From Paragordius varius (Eukaryota; Animalia; Nematomorpha), in assembly GCA_964247055.1 (NCBI GenBank), contig OZ176051.1, positions 1,736,001 through 1,800,000 of the forward strand: 64,000 bases of DNA, written 5' to 3'. Numbering within the stretch: the stretch's first letter is position 1; every line of letters starts with the position of its first letter. Under the pieces are notes generated by a model that was given only the letters and a program-made list of their open reading frames with translations, was not told the DNA's origin and did not search any database. This document shows positions 38,100 through 51,391 of the stretch, in pieces. Made by a program: the position numbers and the translations under genes.

Positions 38100-40320
38100 A
38101 TTTAAATTTGACAAAATGTGCACAAATTTTTCCATTTTCTCATCTGGGGATAACCAGAAATAAAGTATATTAACACTTCGATTAAATTGGAGTATCTAAA
38201 TACCCCAGACTAAATATAAATTAAAATTTATAAAACTACTGAAGGAAACGGTCTCAATTTCAATTTATGCTTCTATCCTGATAAATATTATATAAATATG
38301 CCAAAATATCTTGATTAAATTATGTTTTGAAAAAAAGTTCCATCTCAAACTACTTCGACGCCATTTTTATTTTACAAAAATTTTGCAAAATATCATCTTC
38401 ATTTAATTTTAAGGGTAAAACTAAAGCTTATTTTTTATATAAATTAAATCTAACATTGATTGAAATAGAAAAAGCGGTTTATTGTGTATTATTTTTTAAT
38501 TTTACAATTTGACACATGTCATGTTGACTAAATTTTTACCTTTCAGTTTTAGCTCATAATAAGTAATATCAAGTTTTTTTGAATGAAATTTTTTATATAT
38601 TTCGGTTTTGTTATATAAGTGCAAAATTTTGCCATGGTTTCTATTGCTTCCATACTTTTTAAAGTATTTGATTTTAAACAGGCCTGTTGTATCCAAGTGT
38701 TAATATTTCAACAGTAATTTTTTTGAACCCACCAATTTCGGGCGCAGTGTAAAATGGCTTGTATTTTATTACTGTTTTTAACCTCTACATTTGCACTTCA
38801 AGAGTGTCCTTGAACAATTCAAGTTGGTCTTTGAACATTTTAAGTTGGTCCTTGAACAATTCAAGTTGGTCCTTGAACATTTCAAGTTGGTCCTTGAACA
38901 CTTCAAGTTGGTCCTTTGACTTTTTTGTTTTGTTTTTAACTTTTATCAATCAAATCGTAATTAATTAATCTATTTTATTGTTTTTAACAATTTACTATTA
39001 TTTAACATAAGTTTTAAATCAATATCAACTTTTAATCTTTGATAAACCGTATATTATTATTAATTTCTTAAAATAACATTGGATATTTATAAGATTGTTA
39101 TATGAAATGAAAAAATATATGAGTTTTCTGGGTTATTAAATTAATTTTTTCATTAAAAACATTTAAAAGTCAATAATTTTGTTCAATTGAAAAAAAATAG
39201 TTTGAAACAAAAAAGTGGTTTTTAAATAAAAAATTTTATTTTTAAATGAATAAATATATAATAAATAAAGAAAATTAGGTTAATAAATAATAAAATAAAA
39301 AAATAAATGCAAAAATAATGGTTAAATCAAAATCTATAAATTTTAAGGACCAACTTGAACTGTTCAAGGACCAACTTGAATTGTTCAAGGACCAACTTGA
39401 ACTGTTCAATGACCAACTTAAATTATTCAAGGACCAACTTGAAGTGTTCAAGGACACTCTTGAAGTGCAAATGGTATATTTAAACCGCCGCCCTAAAAGT
39501 GCTTTTTTATACAGAGATACTATTTAATTTTATTATACTAGCTGGGTCTGTCACGCTTGTTGTGTCGTAGTCTCATTGATAGCTTAGTGTCTACAATAAA
39601 AATTTTCTGATTTAACACTTGAATACAACACATTCATTTTAGTCCTTCGATTCAAATTAGTTAAATACCCCAGGCCTGTTTAAAATTAACTTCTTTTAAT
39701 ATTATGGAAGGAATCGAAACCATGGCAAAATTTTGCACTTATATAACATTAATAAACCGAAAAATATAAAAATTTTATTCAAAAATACTTGATATTACAT
39801 TTTAAGCTAAAAACGAAAGGTAAAAATTTAGTCAACGTGACATCTGTGCAATAATAAAATTGAAAAATAATAGAAAAAAAACCGCTTTTTCTATTTATAT
39901 CAATGTTAGATGTAATTTAAATAAAATTAATTTTACCCTTAAAAATAAATGAAGACGATATTTTGCAAAAATTTTGTAAAATATAAATGGCGTCGAAGTA
40001 GTTTGACATGGAACTTTATTTTTCAAAACAAAATTTTATTTAGATATTATGGCATATTTATATAATTTTTATTAGGATAGAAATATATATTTATATTGGG
40101 ACCGTTTCATTCAGTAGTTTTTAAAAATCTTATTAAATTTAGTCTGGGGTATTTAGATACCCCAACTTGAATCGAAGTGTTAATATATGTATATTCTGAT
40201 AGGAAATATATCAGGATTATCATAGTGCTTTTAGTTTTATCCCATATGGATTTAAGAAAGTTATTTACACTTTAAGTGATTCATGTCAGAAAATGGCAAA
40301 ATTTGCTCACATTTCTCAGT
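38100..40320. repeat. Nested inverted repeat: family A arms (38100-38710 and 39560-40320) around a family B element
   Basis: CTACTTCGACGCCATTT (38350) vs AAATGGCGTCGAAGTAG (39985); TACCCCAGACTAAAT vs ATTTAGTCTGGGGTA; TTTTGCCATGGTTT vs AAACCATGGCAAAA. Confidence 0.85.
38783..39480. mobile_element. Family B foldback-like element whose TIRs are made of 21-bp tandem subrepeats
   Basis: Left: TTTGCACTTCAAGAGTGTCCTTGAACAATTCAAGTTGG followed by ~5 units of CCTTGAACAATTCAAGTTGGT. Right: the same array inverted, ending CTTGAAGTGCAAATGGTATAT. Confidence 0.8.
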
Positions 40321-40479
40321 GTCCACAAAATAATAACCTGATGAAATATATATATACAGATAGGACAATGTATCAAGATTATATTGGTGTTTTTTTGGCA
40401 CTTGCCGATGATATAAGAAAGTTTTTTACACTTTTGTAAGTACCTTATATCATAAAATCACAAAATTTGCGGTCTTTTT

Positions 40480-41250
40480 AATTTTTGGTGAAAGGTAGAG
40501 GCTTCATTCAAAAAAATATAACTCAAAACAATATTTTCAAAAATTCAATTTTAAGATGTGGGCTCCGAAAGTCATAATTTTTTCTTCTAAAATGAGCTAG
40601 TCCTCTTAAGATCAACGCAAGGGTGGCGCGATAAGTATATGCAAAATTTTAAAATCAACTAAAAATATTTTTTAATAAATGGATACTTTTTTACAACGAT
40701 TTTTTGCAAAATTCTGAAGCTCACTTTATACTATTTTGAGGCATGATGGAAAGATTAAACGCGTTAAGATGTTATAAAAACACTTTAACCATATAATATG
40801 ATGATGCTGACCATTTCGCTGTAGAATTTTGATTATAATATTCGTTTTTCTTTTAATTTATGTTAAATAAAAATTGTGTTTTTTTACAAAAATTCACCAA
40901 AATTAGCAAACGAATCTTTAAATAAAAAATCTGAGGCGATAGAATGTTTAGCATCAATATAGTTTTTATACTGTTTCCATCAGGCCTAAATCTATGTAGG
41001 AGACGGTTTAACCAAATTATGGAAAAAGTATGCATTTTTTATTAAAATGTAGCATATATTTAAAATGGGGGTAATCTCCGAATATAGAACTAGCTCAATT
41101 TAGAAGCCAAAAAATTTGGGAATATTGGAGACCACATCTTAAAATTAAAATTTTTTCAAAAACATTGTTATGCTCTTTATATGAGTTTATTATATTTTTT
41201 AATGATATTTTTTGCAATGATGAAGCTTTCATCAAAAAAATTTGAGCAAA
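40480..41250. repeat. Inverted-repeat element (MITE-like)
   Basis: AATTTTAAGATGTGGGCTCCGAA (~40550) pairs with TTGGAGACCACATCTTAAAATT (~41127); GAGGCTTCATTCAAAAAAAT pairs with ...GATGAAGCTTTCATC. Confidence 0.6.
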
Positions 41251-43799
41251 TTTTGCCATTTTCTGAAATTACCACATAAGTGTAAATAACCCAAATAAAC
41301 ACGTAAAGGGTGTAGCGTCGGAAGATCGTCGGTCACCTGCCGTCAAGGCATTCCCTACCCACCCGTAACGCATTGAGCTTCAAAGAGGGGAGACACATCG
41401 GAGGTTGGCGTTCACGTTAGTATCTACATACATAAATAAATGTATTCATGTGAGGTGTGTTATTGTAAGTTAGTAATCAAAAGAAATTTTAATTTCGCCG
41501 TATTAAATAAGTAAAGCAATATTTGACTTTAAATAACCATACAAACAGGGTTGTGATCCTTACTCCACAAAGATGTCAAGAACTTATGTCAAGAATGTAG
41601 AGTTAATTTTAAGCTCTTACTTTGGTGTAGAAGGTGGTCTTCATTTGCTTATAAATGAGTGTAGCCTTTAAGGTAGTCCAATATGGAGATATTAGAGAAA
41701 TTATGGACATATTAGACATTACAAGCATCAATGTTACCCCTTATGCGACCATGTTTCAGCTGTACCTTCAACTGGGACGCTAACCCGTGAGTGGTCGTTG
41801 ACCTTGCTTTGAGCTAAGTCTCAACTTAGACCAAAAGAGATGGAGTTTGGTAACCAGCCCTGATCAAATATCAACAACCCCAACATTGCCTCCCAGGATG
41901 TCATTGTCCCACAATGATTTACAAGTCGTTTCGTTAGAGTCGGGTCTTGCATGGCTTGAGTTTGCAAAAGTACATTTAAAGCACGTGACATACATAAGCA
42001 ATCCATAATATTCATCTATAAAAATTTATGCGGTTACCATTAACTAATTTAAATGTAAATATTTATGATGTGGAAATCTTCGTAAATAACGTAAAAATAC
42101 AATATAATTTATTGGAAATTTTTCATAGGCATTATCAGGAGATACAGTTAAGAGAATTTATATATACCAGACAGATTAAATTTAAAATGAATAATCATGA
42201 ATGATATTACTTAGGTAGAAAAAATCGCAAAAAAATTAATTAAATAAAAGAAAAAAAATCAGAAAGAAACCGTTGTTATGAACCCCCGTTGTTACCCAGT
42301 CAAGTAAATATTTATAATTGAATGGGAATAAATATTAAAAATAAACCGACTCTGCACTCAAACCATTCTATCTGTCAGTGCACATATCCGGCTCAAATAA
42401 AATGTCGATTGATAATCAACCTGGCTCAATTATCAACGGCTTCGATGTCATCGTCACACGATTGTCAAAGAATCTCGTCAAAGTAGAGTCTACCATGGCT
42501 TGAGTTTGCATTAGCGCATTAGATATTGCCCGTGGCATGCATGGAGGCAATACAAATACAAACCATATATGTGTGATTACCGTTAATAAGTTTAAATAAT
42601 GGGTGAAATTATATTTATCAACAATTCCCAGAAATTAATTTATATGTAATTTAGTATACCTTAATCCAAGGATTGAAGAATTAATATTCAAAATAATCTA
42701 CCAACTCCAACAAAGCCATTCTACTCCAGCTTTTATTTTGACATCTTTTGCAGAATCTATAGTATAGAATTTTGAGCTGCAATGAGAAGTCGACATTCTT
42801 GTATAATTGTCTTCAAAATAAACACGAAAGCATTTCAGCGATTAAATAAGGTAAAGATGTTCTTTGGCATGTGGAGCACCTTCATGGGAAGTATAGTCAG
42901 GTGGGACAAACCGTGAAAATTCCGTTCTTTTGGTATTTAATAAGGACCAAAACCAAAAGCACCATGATAATCATCATAGGTTTTCCTATCAGAATATATA
43001 GATTTTTCATCAGGATATTTTTCATACCCCCTATTTTAGACGCAGTGCAATTATTGTTATAAAGTTTTTGCTTTAAATAGAGGAAATAAAAATGAAAAAT
43101 AAAACCTAAACATATTTCTCTAAAAATAATGTCTTTAATTATTTTACGGACTCAAGTATTAAACTCAAAATCGGCCCTATCCTACTCCCCGTTATTACTA
43201 TTTTCATTGGATTTATTTTAAAATTTTCATTTTACAAAACATTTGCCTGTTTCATTACTGGTAAAGGGATACAAACTAGATAATCATTAACGATCTTAAT
43301 TATAAAGGAAAGTATGCAAGCATAAACTGTTTTTTTGATAATAGTGTCAAAGTTTACGACCGGAATGTGTTTTACAAATATCTTTATTTAGTGTATTTTA
43401 TAGATAATAAAGCGCTTAACAATAAGTTTTACCCTAATACAAATAAGTAAGATTGGTAACAAATTATGATTTTATATATACCGAAAAACCCTTTAGATAT
43501 TTAAAAGTATTTTTTGGGAAAATAATTTAAAAGAAGCAGCTAATTACAGGGCTTTAAAACAGCTTTAACCTGAATATATAACTTAAATAATGCCTTTATT
43601 TAAATATTATATTAAAATAAATAAAAATAATTCTACAATTCTTAAAACAGAAAAAAATTAGACTTGAGAGACATGCAAATAATTTCGGAAAAATTACAAA
43701 TATTATAATATTCATCAATTATATCAAATGGCTTTTGCAATCTTTTTTATGCTTTTGTGGGCTGCGTGAAAAATTTAAATGTTCAGCCTGCTTGCCGAG

Positions 43800-45640
43800 T
43801 TAACCAACCACTGTTTGTTCATACAACCAAATACGAATACAATGATTTCCACCTCTGCTTGAAGACTACTCTCATTATAGTCTGATCAATTTTGTTAACA
43901 TCGATACAATAAGTATTATTTGTTCCCACTCTAATGGGTTTAGATTTAAAATTAAGGCTTAAAAATTTGTATTGCTTCAGGTAAAATGTAACAGTATTCT
44001 TTTTAAAATTCACTGTTAAACAATTTTTTAAACAGAGTATCTAATAAACATTTTTTGGATATCAAAGAATAAAATCTATGTTTAAAGATGACATTGTTTA
44101 AAACTAAAATTCTTCCTATTCAAGAACTAATAAGCTTAAGTCCAAATCCACCATAAGAACAAATCTTCGGTTCAAAGACTCTAGATTCAAATATCTGTTG
44201 GTAGTATCGTAGCGTCCGCTGTCATCCAATCTAAAAACAATAATTTATTACAGTTACATAACACTAGTCGACAAATTTGGACATTTTTGAGCACCACCAC
44301 TCAAACTTTTAAATTATGACTAATTTCACTGTTTTAAAACCGAATGTGAAAAAATTTTTGATCCCGCCAATCAGAATTTTGAAATATTATAGGTTTTTAA
44401 ATTTTTCAAAAACAAGAGAAAATCGAGAGAAAATTAAATATAACTTTATAATAAAATGTTATTATATTATAAACTTAATATCATTTATTAAAGCGTTTTA
44501 AACTCTATCTTTTGAATATAAATATGTCATTTAAATATCAGAGAGAAAAAAATAGTACGGACTTAAACGTCAAAATTTAGTCTTTTTCTTTCAAGCGAAT
44601 TTTTAATACGTATAAAAAAATTTTAAAAAAAATACTAAAAAAGGCATTCTATGGTTTAAACCTTCGGCTTTCAGATAGGCTATATTTTTTTTGTTAGTTT
44701 TCGTCCTTTCGAGTACTTATTAGGCTTTTTTTCTTGAGTTGGTTCTTACAAAAAATCCTTTATTTATACCTAGTGGATATACTTTATTTTTTGAAATTAT
44801 TGGTTGTTTTGTATTTTTAATTTCAGATGGATGTTGTGTAACCACTTTTAGTAGAATTTACTTTTATGGGATTGGACCATTTGTATTTACCTAATCTTTT
44901 TATTCAATTTAATTGTAGAATTTATCGAACTTTATTCTGTGAATTGGTTAATTTGACATGTCAATTTGCCTGAATTTTGTTTGCAATTCTCTCTTATCGG
45001 GCTTTACGATTACTTATTGTAATCTTTGCCATATCTGGCATAATTGGATCGCTTGAGGGATATGCAGAGCTTGTGAAGCCGCCCGAATCTATCACACTAT
45101 ACATAAGCCCCTTTTAGATTTTTAATACTTTGGCCCTTAGTTTGTTTAGTATCTTATTTAATGCCTAGAATTTTGTTATTCATGCATGGAATATTACTTG
45201 TATCGACTTGTTCGTTTGTATATTTTAACATATGTACACGAGGAATGATTGTTATTTTTAAATTAAATACAAATTTAAAAATTAAATTTCGGAAAAATCC
45301 TATTGGTGGCCTCAATTTTCTTTTTTGTTTTGGCCTTTCCATGCCATTAGGTATCAGAAAATGCAAAAATAATGGGGTGGTGCAAAACCTTGTTGAGCAG
45401 TGTAATCTATTACATCATAATTGGCGAAGTTATTAAACAGAAGCAATGCTGTTCATCCCGACATAGTGCCTCATGGAGAACATGAACGAAGATTTACTGT
45501 AATATTAAACTTTTGATACGGATGGAAATCACTTTTATTCAAAATATATTGTTATTTCTCTGGGAAACAAATATTCAAGACATGTGTCTAAACCACATGG
45601 TTAGGATAATATCTATATTTGGAATGGCCAGCATTAATAT
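43800..45640 (+). mobile_element. Helitron Rep N-terminal pseudogene fragment, interrupted by a CACTA-like element
   Basis: Broken frames: IICSHSNGFRFK, CIASGKM, KHFLDIKE*NLCLKMTLF, QVQIHH, VHPDIVPHGEHERRF, YIVISLGNKYSRHVSKPH. These follow the order of the Helitron Rep N-terminal motifs (C..CNALKFK, CCASGKV, KHFL.NIRKYNSCFQMTSF, GQIYH, GEHERRFN). Confidence 0.7.
44262..45402. mobile_element. Family C non-autonomous CACTA(EnSpm)-like element
   Basis: Starts CACTAG, ends GAGCAGTG and is flanked by a 3-bp TAA/TAA duplication; subterminal GCACCAC / GTGGTGC. A second copy lies at 56908-58366. Confidence 0.75.
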
Positions 45641-47139
45641 GATAAACCTAATCACTAAGGAATAAATAAATAAAATACATCGCTATATATACATTATCAT
45701 TGAAATACATTAGATAAGGATAATACCAGACAACAAGGTGTTTCACCACCCCAAATTATTTGCGTTTCTGATGACTTATGCTGTAGTTACGCTAAACCCA
45801 AAAAATTGATTTTTTCCCTTTTTAAAATATAATATTAATTTAGGTGTATTTTTTATATTATAATAAATAAATATAATAATTTATATATAAAATAAATTAA
45901 TAGAGGCTAAAAAACTCTTTAAAATGAATATATTTACAATAATTGAACAAAAACTTATATTAAAGTATCAAAGCTCAAAAGGCTGATTCGCAGCTTTTTT
46001 GCAATAGTTAATGCTGATCATAAAAAATAAAAAAAATCCGAAATTTATTTCTATAAAGTTGACATTTCTCTTTCAGGACCAACATTATTTATGTTTTAAA
46101 TTTGTGTTTTTCTTGGTTTATATCTTTTATAAGTTTAATATTGTCCATAAAAATATTTACAAAAATAAAAAAAACACTTATACCTAATGTATAAAGTAAA
46201 AATGTTTAAATATTAAACGAGTTGATAGAGAAATGAAAAATGATCCCATCAGATCTTCTATGTGTTGTGGAAATTCATATTTTTAGATGAAAATTCAAGG
46301 AATAGTGATGATTAATACCGGAAAACTTTTTACGAAGTATTTTGACACTAAAATTGATATTGACAAAGCATGGGCTTCATTGCCGATTGCCGATTTTATA
46401 TGGAATTTTAATATATTATATAATTATAATTTGCATAATTAATGAATTATCTTATTAAATATTTTAATAGAGAAAAAATATATGTTAAATGAAACTTGTA
46501 AGCACGATAAATAAGATATATTTGATTTTAAGATATGTTAAAAAAATAGTTTAATTATTTTGCAAATCCGTAAAATTTTTATGAGGAATTCAAAAATAAA
46601 TTAAGATTTTGGTTTTATAATACTAAAATTAATATATATTTTTGTCATAAATGGTGCTGATCGATGAAATAGTTGTCTAGTGTTATCAATATATTAAATA
46701 GAAAAATACATTTTATAATTGTATGCACGAATAATCTATATATTTATAAAAATGGAAAGTGGTGGCTTTGTGATCTGTTTCCGGAAAACCGGTAGACCCA
46801 TTCAAATCGTCGAAAAAGTATATTCATTAATGATGGCCCGACAATAGCTGCGCCCTTTTTTGAATTAGGTCCCCAGTTCGGGCCCACCCCATGTAAAAAA
46901 CGGGTTTTTTTGAAAACAGAAGTCCACAAAAATCGTGTGTTGAGAGAATTTTTCCGAAAACGTGTTGGACCATTCGATTTCAAATATGATTTTTTTTACT
47001 TATTTTCGATTGCGCCGAACATCGGCTCGCTTTATTTAATTTAGATCCTCTTTTTACCACTTTTTTTTAAAAAAATAAAGCCCACAAAAATGATCTTTTG
47101 AACCTATTTTTCGCCAAAATCAAAGACCGTAAAAATTCA

Positions 47140-48160
47140 ATAAGGATTCCAGGTATTCCCTGTTAAAAGGCAAAAATTTTAGTCGTACGTTTCTTTTATA
47201 TTGGCTGCCAGGTAGCTACCCGCTAAAAACTGATCCGTCATATCAAAATAGTGTGCCTTTGCTATCAGAAAACCTATCAGTCCATATAAGTTCGATTCGT
47301 GCTTAAAATATTACCCGTAAAAAGTTAAAAATTTAAATCGAGCGTTTAAAATTAGGCGTTAATTAGGCCCTTCACCCCTGTGAAAGCGCCCCCATAGAAT
47401 GATTTTTTAATTTTGAGGCAATTTTTCCAAAATCTAATGAGAGCACATAGAATCAATCATAATTCCAGGTATTCTCCGTAAATAGTCAAAAATTTTAATC
47501 AAGCGTTTTTTTGTATCAGCTCTGGGCAAGAAGCTACCCGCCAAAAACTGCGCCACCATATCAAAATTGCGTTGATCCGGAGTTAATTTTCAGACAGGCC
47601 ATATAAGTTTTATAAGGGCCTGAAATATTACCCGTAAAAAGGCAAAAATTAAAGTCGAGCGATTTTATTAAATTAGCGGTTAAATAGGCCCTTTACGCCC
47701 TAATTGCGCTATCATTGAACTATTATTTAGTTTTAAAGCCATTCTTCCATAAACTATTAAGAGCATATGGAATGAATGATAATTCCAAGTATTCCCATAT
47801 GGCAAAAATATAATAGAACGTCTTTTTTATATTGGCCTCTGGGTAAGGAGCTACCCGCCTAAAATACGCTTCATATAACGATTATTTAGTGTTGAGGTAT
47901 TTTTTCGAATAACCCATGAGACGACTGATTCCAAATATTTTCCTTATAAAGGCAAAGAATTTAACTCAGCACGTTTTCATATAGGTCTATAGGTAGGGGT
48001 CTACCGGTTTAAAACTGAGACGCCATACAAAAATGGCGTGGCTTTGGTAATTTTCAAAAAACTTAAGAAGCCATACGGGGTATAAATATTACCCATAAAA
48101 AGGTAAAAATTATAGTATAGCGGTTTTTTCCGTTAGCCGTCAATTGGGGCCCTTACACCA
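47140..48160. repeat. Diverged tandem array with ~158-bp subunits arranged as ~316-bp dimers
   Basis: ATTCCA(G/A)GTATTC at ~47148, 47462 and 47782; AAATATTACCC(G/A)TAAAAAG at ~47307, 47624 and 48084; GCTACCCGC at ~47215, 47534 and 47851. Confidence 0.8.
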
Positions 48161-48483
48161 GTAAACAATATATTAGTATGAATGCACCGTTTTGAAATTC
48201 CTATGAGATCATAAGTATTAAATGATGTTTCGAAATAATCCACATATATGGATCATTTTATTGTCCCTTTAAAAATCCCCCCCCCCCAGAAGTCCGAAGG
48301 ACTTCCTCGGGATGAGTAGCAGCACGATATTTACGGTAGTATAATATAAACTTAAGCTTTCTTCACATAACATGAATATAAAATTATTTTGATGAGAGAG
48401 AGAGCTGTTTGTAAATAAACATTTTTCTTTGTATTAAATTTTATCGTAATAAAAGATCCTACTAAAATTACAGTACTCATAAT

Positions 48484-48955
48484 CAGTGGCGGAACTATAA
48501 ATTGTGCCCCCCCCCCCCCCCCCCCGTAAGATTAAATACGCCCCCCTTCCCCCAAAAATATCGTTTGCAGTTATCTTCACCTGGCGCATAGATTCCTAAA
48601 GAAATATTATATTTAAAAATGATATTCACATGACTTGGCATCCTGAGTCTAGAAGTTTTACGTTCTTGGTATTTTTATATATGATGGTTAGTACTCACCG
48701 GCCTACCCTAACCACCGTCAATTCCTTAATCTTAATGTTCATTTTTAAAGTTTTAAATAATTAATAACTTATTAAGGTGTATTAATCAGATAATCATGTT
48801 TAAAAAATTTCTTTTTCTCGATTTTAATTTTAATTATATCTATATCTCCGATTCAATTGCTAGCAACGATAAATTGCTTAACCTTTTTTCAGCCATCGTG
48901 CTTCTAATATAATTTTTAATTATTTTTAAATTTGAGAATGAACGTTCCGCCATTT
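48484..48955. mobile_element. Possible hAT-type MITE with poly-C tract
   Basis: CAGTGGCGGAAC at the left end and GTTCCGCCATTT at the right; no TSD found. Confidence 0.45.
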
Positions 48956-49259
48956 AAATTTTGAGCCGCTAAAAAAATTGCCAACCCCTGTTTTAGTGTG
49001 TAGTAATAGTTTATCGAAAATTTTTTGTTTTAGAACTAAAGATAAATTTGAAAACATGCATCAAAGGTTAAAAACATTTATAAAATAATGCACATTATGT
49101 ATACCAGCTAACAAATGTTGGCCAATTCACTTTACAGTAAAGTATGTGAAATACCAATCATATGTATTTAATGAATTTTATTCACGATGTATGCATTGAC
49201 AAACATTTTTTACAAAATTATTGTTATTTCCTATGCTTGGCTGTGATATGAATTGGCCA

Positions 49260-49690
49260 ATATTAATGTGAGTTGGCCTGCATTAAATTGCATATTTATA
49301 AAAAATATATTTTTGTTCAAATACTACTTTTTTGTTTCAAATATTTTTTTTCAATTTAACAAAATAATTAACTTTTAAATGTTTTCAATGAAAAATTGTC
49401 AATAATAACCCAGAAATCTTATATATTTTTTGATTACATTTAAAATCTTATAAGTATCCAAAATAATTTTAAGAAATTTATAAGGATCAATGATTATTTA
49501 TATTAAAATTTATTGTGAATAATAAAAATTAGGTTAAAAACGATAGAATAGATGAATGATATACGAGATTGTTAAAAGTTAAAGGTAAAACAAAAAAGCT
49601 AAAGGACCAACTTGTTCAAGGATCAACTTGAAGTGTTAAAGGACACTCTTGAGGTGTTTAAGGACACGCTTGAAGTGCAAATAGTATATT
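49260..49690 (-). mobile_element. Partial family B element
   Basis: 49600-49690 carries the 21-bp array ending CTTGAAGTGCAAATAGTATAT; 49300-49480 is the reverse complement of ~39040-39230. Confidence 0.7.
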
Positions 49691-49719
49691 TGATGAGGAG
49701 ATAAGGTTTGGCACGCATC

Positions 49720-51349
49720 GTTTATGTATAAATACTAATGTCGATAGGTTTCAGCAAATATAGCGCTTGCATGCACTTCTAAACGTAGGATATGAAACAC
49801 CGTTTACAATTTTTAATTGCTGAAACGAAGTAAGACCTGGTAAATTTAATAATAATTCGCGAAGGAAAAAACATTTGTGTGATTGGAATCCATCACCGTA
49901 TATAATCTACCTATTACTCAACTTTTAAATATATCAGAATAGCATTTAACTGGTTTCCCTTGCTTGCGCCGTTTAAATTCTTTTTGTAGTGCCCCATATA
50001 TAATATGAAAGGATTTCAGAATATAACAATGTTTTTGCAAATGTGTCCTTTTGACACAACTTGAAAAAGCATTTAGAGTAATATTAGGTGGATTTAAAGC
50101 TGAGTTTTTAGCATTAGCAGTTGCAAATAAACCCGCTACTCATTTTTTAAATGTAATTAATCAACAGGGCTAAGTTCATTTACAGAAACGGAAAAACGCC
50201 ATATGGCTTCACTACTACTTATATATCTTCCTTACGGAATTGAGTTATTTCATCTTGCATGTTATCGCTTCTTTTTTTGGAATGTATACAAAAAACAGCC
50301 ATATCACTGCCTTTATTTTTGTATTTGCGTTGTATTTTATGATTTTACAGAATTACAATATTACACATTTATATAAGCCTTAAAGGTTTTTAACAATAGA
50401 GAGTAAGGAACTACCAACTGTTTATCTATTTCGACATCCCCGTTCCTCGAATGTATAATGCTGTCTTGCCTCCATCTTCTGTACCTTTTTCATGTATATT
50501 GAGTATCCATTGTTTTCTGTAATCGTATTCTAATAAAGGGCTTGGATATCGCTTTAGCATCTTTTATCATGCATGAAGATTGGATATTCGCTACATGACA
50601 ATTGAATCATATATTTTTTTAACAGCCTCATTTAAATCATCAAAAGTAGATCTGGTATTTCAGTGGATATAATGGAATTTATTGATTTGACATAATTTTT
50701 GAATATAACCAAATTAATAAATGCGCGTGTGGTGATACCATTTTATTGCCATTCCACTGTGCACATATAACATGCGCCAAACACTTTTAACTTAACAAAA
50801 TAATTCAATTTAAGCTTCTAACTCTCGGGCTGTATATAATGTCTATTTTTGGTGATTATCCAAGAAGTAGCATATATGGTATCCCACAAAGAATTACATG
50901 TTATTGTAATAAAGAAATCTGGACGTCCATACTGTACCACGTGCCTAGGTTTGATGATGGTAAAATTGGATATCTCCCAATATTATTGGATCACGTAAAT
51001 GCATATATTCTTCGGAACGAAGTTTGGCTTATTTAAAGTAAGATACAACATACGTACTGTTTCTATCTCATACATGTCCACAATTTATTGGTTAAATAAT
51101 AGCCTTCACTTAAAAATATGATTGTCTTGATTTACCCTTATCATTTTCTATGAATAACTCATTGCCCTGTATTTTTTAGTTGTTTTTCCGGAGATTGGAT
51201 TTATCCGTTAAAATTATATCCATCAATGCCGCCCCTCCCACAAAAAAGTATTGGATATTTATCGGATCGTACATCTATGAGTCTCTGTTGGATGGGACCA
51301 CAAGTAACGTGAGATACGGTAAAAAGGATTAATTTATTGTATATGTTGT

Positions 51350-51391
<42 letters not shown>

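Noticed and set aside
38800-39470. CRISPR-like or telomeric array
   Set aside because: Units are contiguous 21-mers without unique spacers, the context is eukaryotic, and no TTAGG/TTAGGG-type tracts were seen in the window.
38759-39527. Heptad-repeat ORFs (NNSSWSL)n and (FKDQLEL)n, also at 56835-57047 and 58668-58856
   Set aside because: Translation artefacts of the 21-bp subrepeat in family B TIRs; no splice or start context.
42950-43040. Peptide-like frame YPDEKSIYSDRKTYDDYHGAFGFGPY
   Set aside because: The DNA matches a dispersed repeat also present at ~36740-36800 and ~40190-40240, so it is non-coding repeat.
44100-44240. Apparent minus-strand exon LDDSGRYDTTNRYLNLESL after a TTTTAG acceptor
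   Set aside because: No partner exons found, and the plus strand of the region carries ordered Helitron Rep motifs.
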